Assembly (NCBI GenBank): GCA_003221005.1
Contig: QHTZ01000078.1
Span: 1-64,000 of the forward strand
Length of the DNA stretch: 64,000 nucleotides
DNA from: Gemmatimonadota bacterium
Lineage (GTDB): Bacteria > Gemmatimonadota > Gemmatimonadetes > Gemmatimonadales > GWC2-71-9
Direction of reading: 5' to 3'
The notes beneath the pieces are model-generated. The model was not told the origin of the DNA, searched no databases, and saw nothing but the letters and a program-made list of their open reading frames with translations. This document shows, piece by piece, positions 30,171 through 40,046 of this stretch (position 1 is the first letter of the stretch; each line of letters opens with the position of its first letter). The position numbers and the translations under genes were made by a program.

Positions 30171-30765
30171 CCGCGTCGCCGCCACAGCGCCTCCGCCCGC
30201 TCGAGGTCCTCCGGGCGGTTGATGTTGAAGAACAGCACCTCCGGGTCGCCGCAGCGGCGTACCCGCTCGAGGGGTAGTGTACCGATCCGCACATCGGGGT
30301 GGAAGGCGATGGCCTCGAGCTCGCCACGCGCGACCCGCCGCTCGATCGCCGGCGCGCACGCGGGGCCGTACACGGCGCAGAGCGGCTCCACTCCGCGGCG
30401 GCCGCCGCTCTCGGGAAGGAACGCGTCCCACGGGGCGAAGCCCTCCGCCAGCGCAACGAGGAGCTCCGGCGTCACGAACGGCATGTCCCACGCCACGCAC
30501 AGTACGGCGTCGGGGCCCGCGAGCACGGCGCTGTAGATGCCGCCCAGGCTGCCGCACCCGGTCGTACGTCGGGCACGGTGCGCAGATCGGTTCGCCACGA
30601 GGGGGCGCGAGGGTCGTTGGCGACGAGGAGGGGAGGCGCGCCGGTCGCCGCGGCGACGGCGTCGGCGACGCGATCGAGAATGCGGCGGCCGCCGATTTCC
30701 TCGAGCCCCTTGGGGAGGCCCCCGTAGCGCCGGGCGGCGCCACCGGCGAGCACGGCGCCGCGCAT
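30167..30765 (-). pseudogene. mobA: Molybdenum cofactor guanylyltransferase, frameshifted near 30558 (or sequence error)
   Basis: LAGGAARRYGG..K in one frame, GSLGGI..DMPF..EPLCAVY..FNINRPED in another; span 599 nt. Confidence 0.85.
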
Positions 30766-30769
30766 TGCG

Positions 30770-31621
30770 TCAGTAGCGGCGGCCGCGCCGTTTCTCGAAG
30801 ATCACGTCGAGCGCGACGGTGAACACCAGGTTGTGGAAGAAGCGCCCGCCGTGGGGCGGAGCCAGCGCGCCGGTGGCTGGGTTGCTGGGGTCGGCGAGCC
30901 CCGTCACTCGGTCGACTCGCGCGATCACGTCGCGCCCCTCGACGCGCAGCTGGTACCCCTTTCCTTCGGCGAGCGCCAGGCCGGCGCCCACCGAGACATG
31001 CACGTCCGTGGTCCGGGGGCGCGAATCCTCGACGACGGTCGCGGGGATGGGGAGGCCGTTGGCGTCCGCGAACGTGCCCGTCAGCTCGATCGTGCTGCGC
31101 GTGCGCGCGATCAGGCCGGCGTCGAGGCGGACGTAGGGAGAGGTGGTGCCGCCCGGGTTCACCCGCCCGACTACGCCGAGCGACAGGCTTACGGCGCTCG
31201 TCGGAACCGACTGTCCCAAGAGGCTGAGGCACAGCTCCGGATCGAGGTCGCCTGCCTGGGGGGGCTGGGCCTGCCGGATCGCGCAGCGGCTTTCGACGCT
31301 CATCCCGAGGAAGACGACCTCGGCCTCGAATCCCACGGTGGGCTCGGGAAAGTAGGCTCCCGCGGCGCCGACCACGAACCCGGGGTTGAACCGCCGCACC
31401 AGGTCCAGCGTGTCATAGCCTCCGGCGGGCACCGCGGAATCGCCGTGCGCCACGAGCACGGCGAACGGCTGGTCGTTCACCACCCAGAGCTGCTGGCCGC
31501 TGCGGTACCCGCCGAACACGGACAGAAACAGGCGCGGCTCGCCGGGGGTCTGCGCGGCCGCGCCCGAGGCCGCCGCGAGCCACGCGACGGCGAGGCGCAG
31601 CGCGACGGCGCGGCGCGTCAC
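30770..31621 (-). CDS. Hypothetical outer-membrane beta-barrel protein
   Basis: Signal peptide, alternating beta-strand pattern, one Cys pair. Confidence 0.65.
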   Translation of the reverse strand: MTRRAVALRLAVAWLAAASGAAAQTPGEPRLFLSVFGGYRSGQQLWVVNDQPFAVLVAHGDSAVPAGGYDTLDLVRRFNPGFVVGAAGAYFPEPTVGFEAEVVFLGMSVESRCAIRQAQPPQAGDLDPELCLSLLGQSVPTSAVSLSLGVVGRVNPGGTTSPYVRLDAGLIARTRSTIELTGTFADANGLPIPATVVEDSRPRTTDVHVSVGAGLALAEGKGYQLRVEGRDVIARVDRVTGLADPSNPATGALAPPHGGRFFHNLVFTVALDVIFEKRRGRRY

Positions 31622-32025
31622 GTCAGCAGCTGTCGATGATCTACCATCAGACAGCGGTCCATGACAAAGGATATACCGGCCACCAGGGCGCGCTCGCACG
31701 CCGCCGTGTCCCGCACGCCGACCTGCAGCCAGATCAGCTTGGGCCTGAGCTCGATGGCCTCGTCCACGATCGGTCCAACGAGCTCACTGCGACGGAACAC
31801 GTCCACGATGTCGATCGCCTGCACGCGGGCGGCGGCGGCGAGTGTCGGAAAGCTCGGCTCGCCCAGAATGATCGGGTGCCCCGGGTTCACCGGCACGATG
31901 CGGTAGCCGGCCTTCTGGAGGTAGCGCGCCACGTGATGGCTCGGGCGCTCCGGACTCGGGGACAACCCCACCACCGCAACCGTTTTCGCTTCCTGGAGGA
32001 GCGCCCGCAGCGCCTCCCGCGTCAT
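31618..32025 (-). CDS. CoA-binding protein (YccU-like)
   Basis: AVVGLS, IVPVNP, DIVDVFR, IWLQ and MDRC motifs. Confidence 0.9.
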   Translation of the reverse strand: MTREALRALLQEAKTVAVVGLSPSPERPSHHVARYLQKAGYRIVPVNPGHPIILGEPSFPTLAAAARVQAIDIVDVFRRSELVGPIVDEAIELRPKLIWLQVGVRDTAACERALVAGISFVMDRCLMVDHRQLLT

Positions 32026-32741
32026 GCCTCGGGCCGATGCAGGTGCGGGGTGCCGCTCACCGCCCGCCCGATCAGCACCATCCCAGCCTGGCGGCCGATG
32101 GTGAGGGCCAAGGTCGAGGGGACGCTCGGCGTGGCGACGTAGGCGGCGCCGGCGCGCGCCGCCTTGAACGCCAGCTCCGCCGAGATGCGGCCTGTGACGA
32201 GGAGCCCCCGGTCGCGGATCGGCTGCCGCGCGAGCACCGCCGCGCCGATCACCTTGTCGACGGCGTTGTGCCGCCCGATGTCCTCCGCGTGGAACTCGAG
32301 GCGCGCATCGTCCGTGAGCGCCGCCGCATGGATACCGCCGGTCTCGTTGTAGCGCTCACCCTGCGCGAACAGCTCCTTGAAAAGCGCGCGCAATCGCTCA
32401 CCGGCGGGCGGCTCCCGGCGCGCGGGCGCACGCCTCAAGGTGTGCGGGTCGGCGAGCAGCGTGGACACGGCTCCGCAGCCCGACGCGAGCACGCGGTGGC
32501 GGTTCTCGGCCCTGACGAGGGCCACGCGCTCCGGGCGCACATCGGCCCAGAAGCCCAAGTCCGTGGCGCAGGGGCGGAGCTTGAGGAGGTCGTCCAGCGT
32601 CTCGATGTAGCCCTCGCCGTGCAGCCACCCTGCGGCGAGCTCCTCGAGCTGATCGGGCGTGCACATCCACGTCACGGCGGGCGCGCCATTCACCTCGAGC
32701 CACACCGCGACTTCTTCGACCACCGCGGACTCGACGCTCAT
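32022..32741 (-). CDS. fdhD: Formate dehydrogenase accessory sulfurtransferase
   Basis: TGGIHAAAL, EDIGRHNAVDKVIG and TGRIS motifs. Confidence 0.92.
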   Translation of the reverse strand: MSVESAVVEEVAVWLEVNGAPAVTWMCTPDQLEELAAGWLHGEGYIETLDDLLKLRPCATDLGFWADVRPERVALVRAENRHRVLASGCGAVSTLLADPHTLRRAPARREPPAGERLRALFKELFAQGERYNETGGIHAAALTDDARLEFHAEDIGRHNAVDKVIGAAVLARQPIRDRGLLVTGRISAELAFKAARAGAAYVATPSVPSTLALTIGRQAGMVLIGRAVSGTPHLHRPEA

Positions 32742-32755
32742 GCGACCCCGGCGCG

Positions 32756-32775
32756 CCCCGGGCTGGCGCCCGGGG
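32756..32775. repeat. REP-like palindrome
   Basis: CCCCGGGC-TGGC-GCCCGGGG; related copy at 37609-37629. Confidence 0.55.
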
Positions 32776-32781
32776 GTGGCG

Positions 32782-33201
32782 TCAGGCTTCGCCGAAGTAC
32801 TCGGAGTAGAGATGCGGTCCCTCCTGCACGCGCACCGCGTGCAGCTTCACGCCAGGAGGCAGCCGCCGGGCGAGCCGCTGCCAGACGTACTGCGCGAGCG
32901 CTTCCCCGGTCGCGAGCCGCGCGCCGTCGGCGAACTCGGGGACGGCCTCGTTGATGTGGCGTCCGTCGAAGCGGGCGGTGATCTCCTCGGCGAGGAGCGC
33001 GTCGAGTGAGACCAGGCTCATCACGCCGCCGGCCTCGGGCGCGAGCGCCCCCTTCACCGTCACGCGGCACTGGTAGCGGTGCCCGTGATCCACCGCCGCC
33101 TTGCCGAACTCTAGCGCGTTTCGCTCGGCCGGCCAGTCGGCGCGGCGGATGCGGTGCGTCGCCGTAAACTCGACGATGCGGGTAAGATAGCTGATCGGCA
33201 T
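32782..33201 (-). CDS. 6-pyruvoyl-tetrahydropterin synthase/QueD-family protein
   Basis: FTATH, HGHRY, TGEALA and VQEG motifs. Confidence 0.85.
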   Translation of the reverse strand: MPISYLTRIVEFTATHRIRRADWPAERNALEFGKAAVDHGHRYQCRVTVKGALAPEAGGVMSLVSLDALLAEEITARFDGRHINEAVPEFADGARLATGEALAQYVWQRLARRLPPGVKLHAVRVQEGPHLYSEYFGEA

Positions 33202-33204
33202 CGG

Positions 33205-34221
33205 TTAGAAGACGCGCACCGCGCTGGCCTTGAAGGCGAAGATCGCCTGGCTTCCGGGTGTGAGCCCCAGATCGCGCACCGCCTCCTCGGAGATCGCCGC
33301 TACGAGCTCGACCCCGACGTCTGCCGTCACGTGTACCGCCCCCCCTCCCCTCCCTCCCCCCGCTCCCCCCGCTCCGTCTTGCCGCTCGAGCCGCGTCACG
33401 CGGCCCGCGAAGACGTTGCGGGCCGACGACGGCGTCGGCTGCTTGCTCACGAAGATGTCGGTAGGGGACACGGCGAGGATGGCGGGGCCCGATTTGTCGG
33501 TGAGGACCGCGATCGCGATCGGCCCCACGGGCACGTGCTTAAGCACGCCGGCGGGCGTGGCAGGCAAGTCCACGCGGAACAGGTTCTCGGGTGTCACAGG
33601 CGAGAGCCGGCCCTCCGCCAGCGCCCGGATGTCGTCGGCCCAGCGATAGGCGTCTTCCAGCTGGTGCGAGGCGAGGCAGATCGCGAAGGGTCGGCGCCGG
33701 CGCTCCTCCGCGAGTGCGCGATACAGCGTGGCCGCGGCCGCGCGATCGGCCGAGCTCACCGGCTCGTCGAGCAGCAAGAACTTGGGCTCGACCGCGAGCG
33801 CCCGCGCGACTGCCACGCGCTGTACCTCGCCGTCCGACAGGTCGTGGGCCCGTCGTGCGAGCAGCGGCGCGATGCCGAGCAGCTCGGCCACCTCGTGCAC
33901 TTTCCTGTGGACCGCGGGGTGTCTCATCCCTCTCACCCGCAACCCATATCCCAGATTGTCGAGCGTGGTGCCGCGGAACAGGACCGGCCGCTGCTCGACC
34001 AGCGTGACGTGCCGGCGGGCGCCCGATGGGGGGCGGCCGTCCACGAGCACCGTGCCCTCGGTCGGTCGCTCGAGCAACGCGAGGATCCTGAGTAGCGTGC
34101 TCTTGCCGGACCCGTTGTGCCCCACGATCGCGAGCCGCGCGTCCGGGGCCACGCGGAACCCGTCAAGCTCGAGCACAAGGCGGTCGCCGTACCGGTGGCG
34201 CACGCCGCGCAACTCAAGCAT
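33205..34221 (-). CDS. ABC transporter ATPase with TOBE domain (tungstate/molybdate, TupC-like)
   Basis: GHNGSGKS, LSDGE, LLLDEP, SSARN and FKASAV motifs. Confidence 0.88.
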   Translation of the reverse strand: MLELRGVRHRYGDRLVLELDGFRVAPDARLAIVGHNGSGKSTLLRILALLERPTEGTVLVDGRPPSGARRHVTLVEQRPVLFRGTTLDNLGYGLRVRGMRHPAVHRKVHEVAELLGIAPLLARRAHDLSDGEVQRVAVARALAVEPKFLLLDEPVSSADRAAAATLYRALAEERRRRPFAICLASHQLEDAYRWADDIRALAEGRLSPVTPENLFRVDLPATPAGVLKHVPVGPIAIAVLTDKSGPAILAVSPTDIFVSKQPTPSSARNVFAGRVTRLERQDGAGGAGGGRGGGAVHVTADVGVELVAAISEEAVRDLGLTPGSQAIFAFKASAVRVF

Positions 34222-34827
34222 GACCCCCTCCTCGGCCCTGAAGCAGCTGCAGTCCCACGTTCACGACGAGCGCGAGCACGATGAGGATGATCCCGAGGGC
34301 GAGGGCGAGGCCGAACTCTCCTTGGGACGTGTACAGCGCGACCGCGGTCGTCAGCGTGCGAGTGGACCCCCGGATGTTGCCGCCAACCATCATCGCGGCG
34401 CCGACCTCCGCCACCGTCTGCCCGAACGCCGCCGTGAGGACGGCCGCAAGCGCGAACCGTGCCTCGCGCGCCACCGTCCACGCGGTGCGCCACGGTCCTG
34501 CCCCGAGCGTCTGCGCGGTCCGCCGGATGCGGGGGTCCACGCCCTGTACGGCCGCCGCGGAGAGCGCCGCGGCGACGGGGAAGGCGAGCAGCACGTCGCC
34601 GATCATGTGGGGAAGGCGAGCGCCGTGTTCACGACGGTGAGTGCAGCGCGCCGGCCCCAGAACGGCCGCGTCGCGAGCACGAACCCCAGGGGAATCCCCG
34701 CGGCGCAAGCGATGGCCGTGGCGATGAGCGCAATCTTCGTGGTGAGCAGCGCGACGCCGTAGACCTCCGCGTCGCCCGAGAAGAGAAGAGCGAGAGCCCG
34801 GTGCAGCCCGTCCGCTAGAAAGTCCAT
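34214..34827 (-). pseudogene. Tungstate ABC permease (TupB-like), internal deletion/frameshift near 34605
   Basis: N-terminal half ends NTALAFPT; C-terminal half in another frame has AEVGAAMMVGGNIRGSTRTLTTA. Confidence 0.8.
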
Positions 34828-35555
34828 CCCACGGCGAGGTTGATCCAGGGGTGGCTGGTCCACTGCTTGAGGTTGTCGTCGAGCGACAGGACGGGGTTGC
34901 AGCCGGTCGTGCACTGCGTGGGTGGCACGCGGTATTCGAGCGGGTAGCTGAGTCTCCAGTAAAGCAGTTCGGCGCCCGCGCGCAGCGACAGCCGTCGCGC
35001 GGGATACCAGCGGAGCTCGGCCTCCGGGCCGAGCGTGAGCTTGGCCTTGAAGTCGTACTGGCTGGGATCCCCCGGCGCGGGTCCCGCGTAGGCCACGCCG
35101 GCCGAGACGCCGATCTCCGGGGCGAACCCGTGCCACGTCTTCCCGCCCATCAAGCGCAGGTGGAGGCCAGCATCGATCAGCGCGACGGTGTTGTCCACCG
35201 GGCCGGAGGTGCGGGACGCGGAGTCCTTCGTGGGGTCCACGATGTAACGCGTCGTCAGCGCACCGGCGGCGCCAAGGATCGCGACCAGGTTCCGGCCGAG
35301 GGGCCGCTCATAGCGGATCCCGAAGACGTTGCCGTCGGACGGACCGACGCCGACCATGCCCCGGCTCCCGCCCAGGTAGCCGAAACTGAAGACGAAGCTG
35401 CCGCCGATCTTGAGGTCCCGGAACGGCGAGCGGTCGGGGGGGTGGCCGACCTGTGCGGCGCAGTCGTTCCACGACGCCACCACGCCAAGCCACGCGAGAG
35501 CGGCGACAGTGGCTGCAGTCCGGGTAAGTCGTGCAACGTGGCGTCGTGGCGTCAT
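34815..35555 (-). CDS. Hypothetical outer-membrane beta-barrel protein
   Basis: Signal peptide, C-terminal LAVGWTF Bam-type signature. Confidence 0.7.
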   Translation of the reverse strand: MTPRRHVARLTRTAATVAALAWLGVVASWNDCAAQVGHPPDRSPFRDLKIGGSFVFSFGYLGGSRGMVGVGPSDGNVFGIRYERPLGRNLVAILGAAGALTTRYIVDPTKDSASRTSGPVDNTVALIDAGLHLRLMGGKTWHGFAPEIGVSAGVAYAGPAPGDPSQYDFKAKLTLGPEAELRWYPARRLSLRAGAELLYWRLSYPLEYRVPPTQCTTGCNPVLSLDDNLKQWTSHPWINLAVGWTF

Positions 35556-37099
35556 GCGTCCTCTCTGAGATCCCGCCCCGTCATCTGCGGCGGCCGCTCG
35601 ATGCCCAGCAGCGCGAGCAGTGTGGGCCCGACGTCACATAACGCGCCGCCGTGACGCAGCGGGCCCCGCACGCCGTCGCCCACGATCACCAGCGGCACCG
35701 GGTTGGTGGTGTGCGCCGTGTGTGGGCCGTCCGTCGCGGGGTCGATCATCAGCTCGCAATTGCCGTGGTCGGCCGTGACCAGCACGGGGACGCGCTGGCG
35801 TTCCGCGCTCTGCAACACGCGGGCGAGGCAGCGGTCCACCGTCTCCACCGCTTTCACGGCCGCGCTTAGTACCCCCGAGTGCCCCACCATGTCCCCGTTG
35901 GCGTAGTTGCAGAGGATGAAGTCGTGTTCCCCCGCGTCAATCGCCTTGCACAGTACATCGGTCACGCCGGCGGCGCTCATCTCCGGCATCAGATCGTACG
36001 TGGCTACCTTCGGCGACGGTACGAGCAGGCGCTCTTCCCCGGGATACGGGGGCTCGAATCCGCCGTTGAAGAAGTACGTCACATGGGCGTATTTCTCCGT
36101 CTCCGCCGTCCGGAACATAGTCATCCCGTGCGCCGAGAGCACCTCGGCCAGGATGTGCGAGAGGACGACCGGCGCGAACGCGGACGGGAAGGGGAAGGTC
36201 TCGTCGTACTGGGTCATCGTGACGAGCGCGACCAGCGGCCGGTCGCTCACGTCGAAGCCGTCGAACCCCTCCACGGCGAGCGCGCGCACGATCTGGCGCA
36301 TGCGGTCGGCCCGGAAGTTGACGCAGAACACCCCGTCCCCGCTACGGATGCGCGGCGTGCCGGTGATCACGCGCGGCTTCACGAACTCGTCGGTCTCCCC
36401 GGCTTCGTAGGCCTGGCGAACCGCCGCTACGGGATCGGGCACAGCCGCCCCGATGCCGCGCACCATCGCGTCGTAGGCCACCTTGGTGCGCTCCCACCGC
36501 TTGTCCCGGTCCATGGCGTAATACCGCCCGACAACGGTGGACACCACACTCTTCCCTCGTCCGTCACTCGTCCCCAGCTGCTCGACCAGGTCCTCCATGA
36601 ACCCGAGCCCCGACTGCGGTGCGGTGTCCCGGCCGTCGAGCCAGGCGTGGACGGCCACCGGCAGGTCGTGCTGCCGCCCCAGCTCGAGGGCAGCGGCGAG
36701 GTGCATGTCCAGGGCGTGCACGCCGCCCGTGCCAATGAGCCCGAGCAGGTGCAGCGTGCCGCCGGTCTGCTTCACGGCGCGGCACAGGTTGGTGAGCGGC
36801 GGCAACCGGAAGAACTCGCCGGAATCGATCGCGTGCGAAATCCGCACGATGTCCTGAGGCACGACGCGCCCGGCTCCGAGATTCAGGTGCCCGACCTCGC
36901 TGTTCCCGATGAGGCCTTCGGGGAGTCCGACGGCGAGGCCCGACGCGGCGAGCAGCGTGCGTGGGGCGCGCGCCCACAGGCGGTGCCAGGTCGGCGTCTC
37001 ACCTAGCTCGATCGCATTGCCTTCACGGCCGGGGCGAAAGCCCCAGCCGTCGAGGACGATCAGGACGACCGGGGTGCGCTGCCCGCGCCGCTTCGCCAT
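35552..37099 (-). CDS. gpmI: 2,3-bisphosphoglycerate-independent phosphoglycerate mutase
   Basis: LDGWG, GNSEVGH, DGRD, GRYYAMDRD, AETEKYAHVT and TADHGN motifs. Confidence 0.96.
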   Translation of the reverse strand: MAKRRGQRTPVVLIVLDGWGFRPGREGNAIELGETPTWHRLWARAPRTLLAASGLAVGLPEGLIGNSEVGHLNLGAGRVVPQDIVRISHAIDSGEFFRLPPLTNLCRAVKQTGGTLHLLGLIGTGGVHALDMHLAAALELGRQHDLPVAVHAWLDGRDTAPQSGLGFMEDLVEQLGTSDGRGKSVVSTVVGRYYAMDRDKRWERTKVAYDAMVRGIGAAVPDPVAAVRQAYEAGETDEFVKPRVITGTPRIRSGDGVFCVNFRADRMRQIVRALAVEGFDGFDVSDRPLVALVTMTQYDETFPFPSAFAPVVLSHILAEVLSAHGMTMFRTAETEKYAHVTYFFNGGFEPPYPGEERLLVPSPKVATYDLMPEMSAAGVTDVLCKAIDAGEHDFILCNYANGDMVGHSGVLSAAVKAVETVDRCLARVLQSAERQRVPVLVTADHGNCELMIDPATDGPHTAHTTNPVPLVIVGDGVRGPLRHGGALCDVGPTLLALLGIERPPQMTGRDLREDA

Positions 37100-37109
37100 A
37101 TTGAGGGGG

Positions 37110-38159
37110 ATGCAATCTAGCCAAGCCCTTCGCGCTCTTCCAGTTGTGCTGTGCCTCGCCGTGCCGCCGGCCCCTCCCGACTCCCTCGTCGCGCAAGCGC
37201 GCTATCGCGTCACCGGGGATGGGGAGTGGTTCTACCAGCAGCAGGGCGGGAAACGGCTGGTGCGCCTCCCGCCGGGCACCGAGCTGGTCGGGACAGGCGG
37301 TGAGAGTCAGGGTGACTGGCAGGCGGTGACGCTCGAGGGCTGGATCTTCGTGTCGTCCGTCGGCCCGACGCCCCGCCCGGGCTTCGACCTCGCGGTCACG
37401 CGCGCGCCCGACGAAAACCTGCGCGCAGCGCCCGGCGGAGCGCTAGTCGTGAAGCTGCCGCAGGGCTTTGCACTCTCCCGCATCAGCGAGGAGCGCAGCT
37501 GGGTCCACGCGCAGCGCGCCGGCTGGATGCCGCGCGGCTCCCTGGAGCCGGTGGAGGCGACCGTGGGTGCGCGCGCCGGGGCTTCCGACACCGGAAGGGG
37601 TAGACCCACCCCGGGGCGTAGCCCCGGGGACTCCGGCGCCGTGGACAGTTCCCGCGCCCAGCCGGCACGCCGCACCGCGCTGTACCGCGCTCCGGAGGGG
37701 CCGCAGGCCGGGATGATCACGGCCTTGACGCCGATGCGCGTGCTCTCCCGGTCGGGGGACTGGACGCGCGTGCAGTTCGAGGGCTGGGTGAAGTCGGCGG
37801 ACCTCGAGGTTGCGCCCGCGGGGGTGCTGGTGGGCGTGAGCGCAGCGGAGCTGCGCACCGATCCCGAGCGCTACATCGGGCAGATGCTGCGGTGGAGGCT
37901 GCAGTTCATCGCCCTCGAGCGAGCCGACGAGCTGCGCCCGGAGATGCCGGCCGGCGCCACGTACCTGCTCGCCCGTGGGCCGCTGCCCGAGCGCGGCTTC
38001 GCGTACGTCGTCGTTCCCGACTCGAAGCGCGCCTTGGTGGCGGCTCTCACCCCCCTTACGGTCATCCAGGTCACCGCCCGCGTGCGGGCCGGGCGCAGCC
38101 GCTACCTCGGCAATCCGGTGGTGGACCTGCTCTCGCTGGAGGTGCAGTCCCAGCCATGA
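37110..38159 (+). CDS. Hypothetical secreted protein with SH3b-like repeats
   Basis: Repeated W..V...GW(I/M/V) SH3-type units; start uncertain. Confidence 0.65.
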   Translation: MQSSQALRALPVVLCLAVPPAPPDSLVAQARYRVTGDGEWFYQQQGGKRLVRLPPGTELVGTGGESQGDWQAVTLEGWIFVSSVGPTPRPGFDLAVTRAPDENLRAAPGGALVVKLPQGFALSRISEERSWVHAQRAGWMPRGSLEPVEATVGARAGASDTGRGRPTPGRSPGDSGAVDSSRAQPARRTALYRAPEGPQAGMITALTPMRVLSRSGDWTRVQFEGWVKSADLEVAPAGVLVGVSAAELRTDPERYIGQMLRWRLQFIALERADELRPEMPAGATYLLARGPLPERGFAYVVVPDSKRALVAALTPLTVIQVTARVRAGRSRYLGNPVVDLLSLEVQSQP

Positions 38160-38491
38160 ACGAGATCCTGCTGGAGCGGCTCCGGCGCAAGCTGGAGGCG
38201 CTCCCCGACGAGAAGGCGTACCAGGTACTGGACTACATCGAGTTCCTCGAATCGAAGTACGCGGAGCGGCCCGCCGGCGCCCCCGGGTTCCAGAAGGTGG
38301 CGGAGAGCCTCGAGGACACGTTGCGCGCCGGTCGCGTGCCGGTCTCGATGATCACGGGGACGATGGACGCCGTGGCCAAGGCGGGGAAGTTTCTCGAGCG
38401 CGTCGCGGCCGCCGGGAAAGCGGCGGTGGATGAGGCGACGCACAAGCCGGCGGAGCCGCCGCCGGTTGAGGAACGGCAGCCGCCCGGATAA
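38156..38491 (+). CDS. Small hypothetical protein (DUF2281-like N-terminus)
   Basis: [16 protein letters not shown]; ATGA overlap with the upstream gene. Confidence 0.7.
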   Translation: MNEILLERLRRKLEALPDEKAYQVLDYIEFLESKYAERPAGAPGFQKVAESLEDTLRAGRVPVSMITGTMDAVAKAGKFLERVAAAGKAAVDEATHKPAEPPPVEERQPPG

Positions 38492-38499
38492 CTTTCGCC

Positions 38500-39957
38500 A
38501 TGGGAACCTTCCGTCCGGGCGTCGCCCTCACGTTCGACGACGTGCTGCTGGTCCCGCGGCACGCGAGCGTGCATCCGCGCGACGTGGACGTCCGCAGTCG
38601 CTTCACCCGCCAGATTCCGCTCAACATCCCGCTCGTCTCGGCCGCGATGGACACCGTGACCGAGGCCGACATGGCCGTCGCTATGGCGCGCGAAGGCGGC
38701 GTGGGCGTGATCCACAAGAACATGCCGATCGACCGCCAGGCCGCCGAGGTGGATCGCGTCAAACGGAGCGAGTCGGGGATGATCCTGCACCCCATCACGC
38801 TCGGACCCGACCGGCCGCTACGCGAGGCGCACCAGCTCATGACCCGGTTCAAGATCTCGGGCGTGCCGATCGTGGATGGCGCCGGGAAGCTGATCGGGAT
38901 CATCACTAATCGCGACCTCCAGTTCGAGCGCGAGCTCGACCGCCCGATCCGCGAGGCGATGACCAAGGACAACCTGATCACGGCGCCCGTGGGCACGACG
39001 CTCGAGGAGGCGGAGCGCATCCTCGGGCGCCATCGCATCGAGAAGCTGCCGGTGGTGGACGAGCGCGGCGTGCTCAAGGGTTTGATCACCGTGAAGGACA
39101 TCTTCAAGCGGCGCCAGCACCCGAACGCGAACAAGGACCAGCACGGCCGCCTGCGCGTCGCGGCGGCGGTGGGTGGCAACCGGGAGTCGCTCGCCCGCGC
39201 GCGCGCCCTGATCGACGCCGGCTGCGACGTCATCGTCGTGGACTCGGCGCACGGTCATTCGGCCGGGGTGCTCGACGCCGTGGCGTGCCTGCGCGAGGCG
39301 TTCCCCGACGCGCAGCTCGTGGCGGGCAACGTCGCCACCGAGGCGGGTGCGCGGGAGCTGGTCGAGCGCGGCGTCGACGCCGTCAAGGTGGGCGTCGGGC
39401 CCGGGTCGATCTGCACTACGCGCGTAGTGACGGGCGTGGGGGTCCCGCAGATCACCGCGATCGTGGACGCGGTGGCCGGCGCGGGCGACGTCCCGGTCGT
39501 GGCGGATGGCGGGATCAAGTACTCGGGCGACCTGGTGAAGGCCCTCGCCGCCGGCGCCTCCAGCGTGATGATGGGCTCGATGCTCGCCGGCACGGAAGAG
39601 AGCCCGGGAGAGTCGTTCCTGCTCGAGGGCCGGCGCTTCAAGGTGATCCGCGGCATGGGATCGTTGAGCGCGATGGAGGAGGGCTCCGCCGACCGCTACT
39701 TCCAGGAAGGCGAGGTGTCACCGACCAAGCTCGTACCCGAGGGGATCGAGGCGCGCGTGCCGTACAAGGGACCGGTGGCCGACGTGATCTTCCAGCTGGT
39801 GGGCGGCCTGCGCAGCGGGATGGGCTACTGCGGCGTGTGCGACGCCCCGGCCCTCCGCACCGAGACGCAGTTCATCCAGATCACCTCCGCGGGTCTGCGC
39901 GAGTCCCACCCCCACGACGTCGTCATCACGCGCGAAGCTCCCAACTACAGCTTGTAA
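38500..39957 (+). CDS. guaB: IMP dehydrogenase
   Basis: [18 protein letters not shown] pair, GPGSICTTR. Confidence 0.97.
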   Translation: MGTFRPGVALTFDDVLLVPRHASVHPRDVDVRSRFTRQIPLNIPLVSAAMDTVTEADMAVAMAREGGVGVIHKNMPIDRQAAEVDRVKRSESGMILHPITLGPDRPLREAHQLMTRFKISGVPIVDGAGKLIGIITNRDLQFERELDRPIREAMTKDNLITAPVGTTLEEAERILGRHRIEKLPVVDERGVLKGLITVKDIFKRRQHPNANKDQHGRLRVAAAVGGNRESLARARALIDAGCDVIVVDSAHGHSAGVLDAVACLREAFPDAQLVAGNVATEAGARELVERGVDAVKVGVGPGSICTTRVVTGVGVPQITAIVDAVAGAGDVPVVADGGIKYSGDLVKALAAGASSVMMGSMLAGTEESPGESFLLEGRRFKVIRGMGSLSAMEEGSADRYFQEGEVSPTKLVPEGIEARVPYKGPVADVIFQLVGGLRSGMGYCGVCDAPALRTETQFIQITSAGLRESHPHDVVITREAPNYSL

Positions 39958-39969
39958 CTCAATAGCTGC

Positions 39970-39998
39970 TTGACAGGCTCCGGGGCGGGGCCTACTCT
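39970..39998 (+). promoter_or_regulatory. sigma70 promoter for the amino acid permease
   Basis: TTGACA-17 nt-TACTCT. Confidence 0.7.
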
Positions 39999-40046
39999 AG
40001 CGCGCGTTTCGAGGACCCGCAGCTTCCCCATCGCCGCGAGGCGGTC

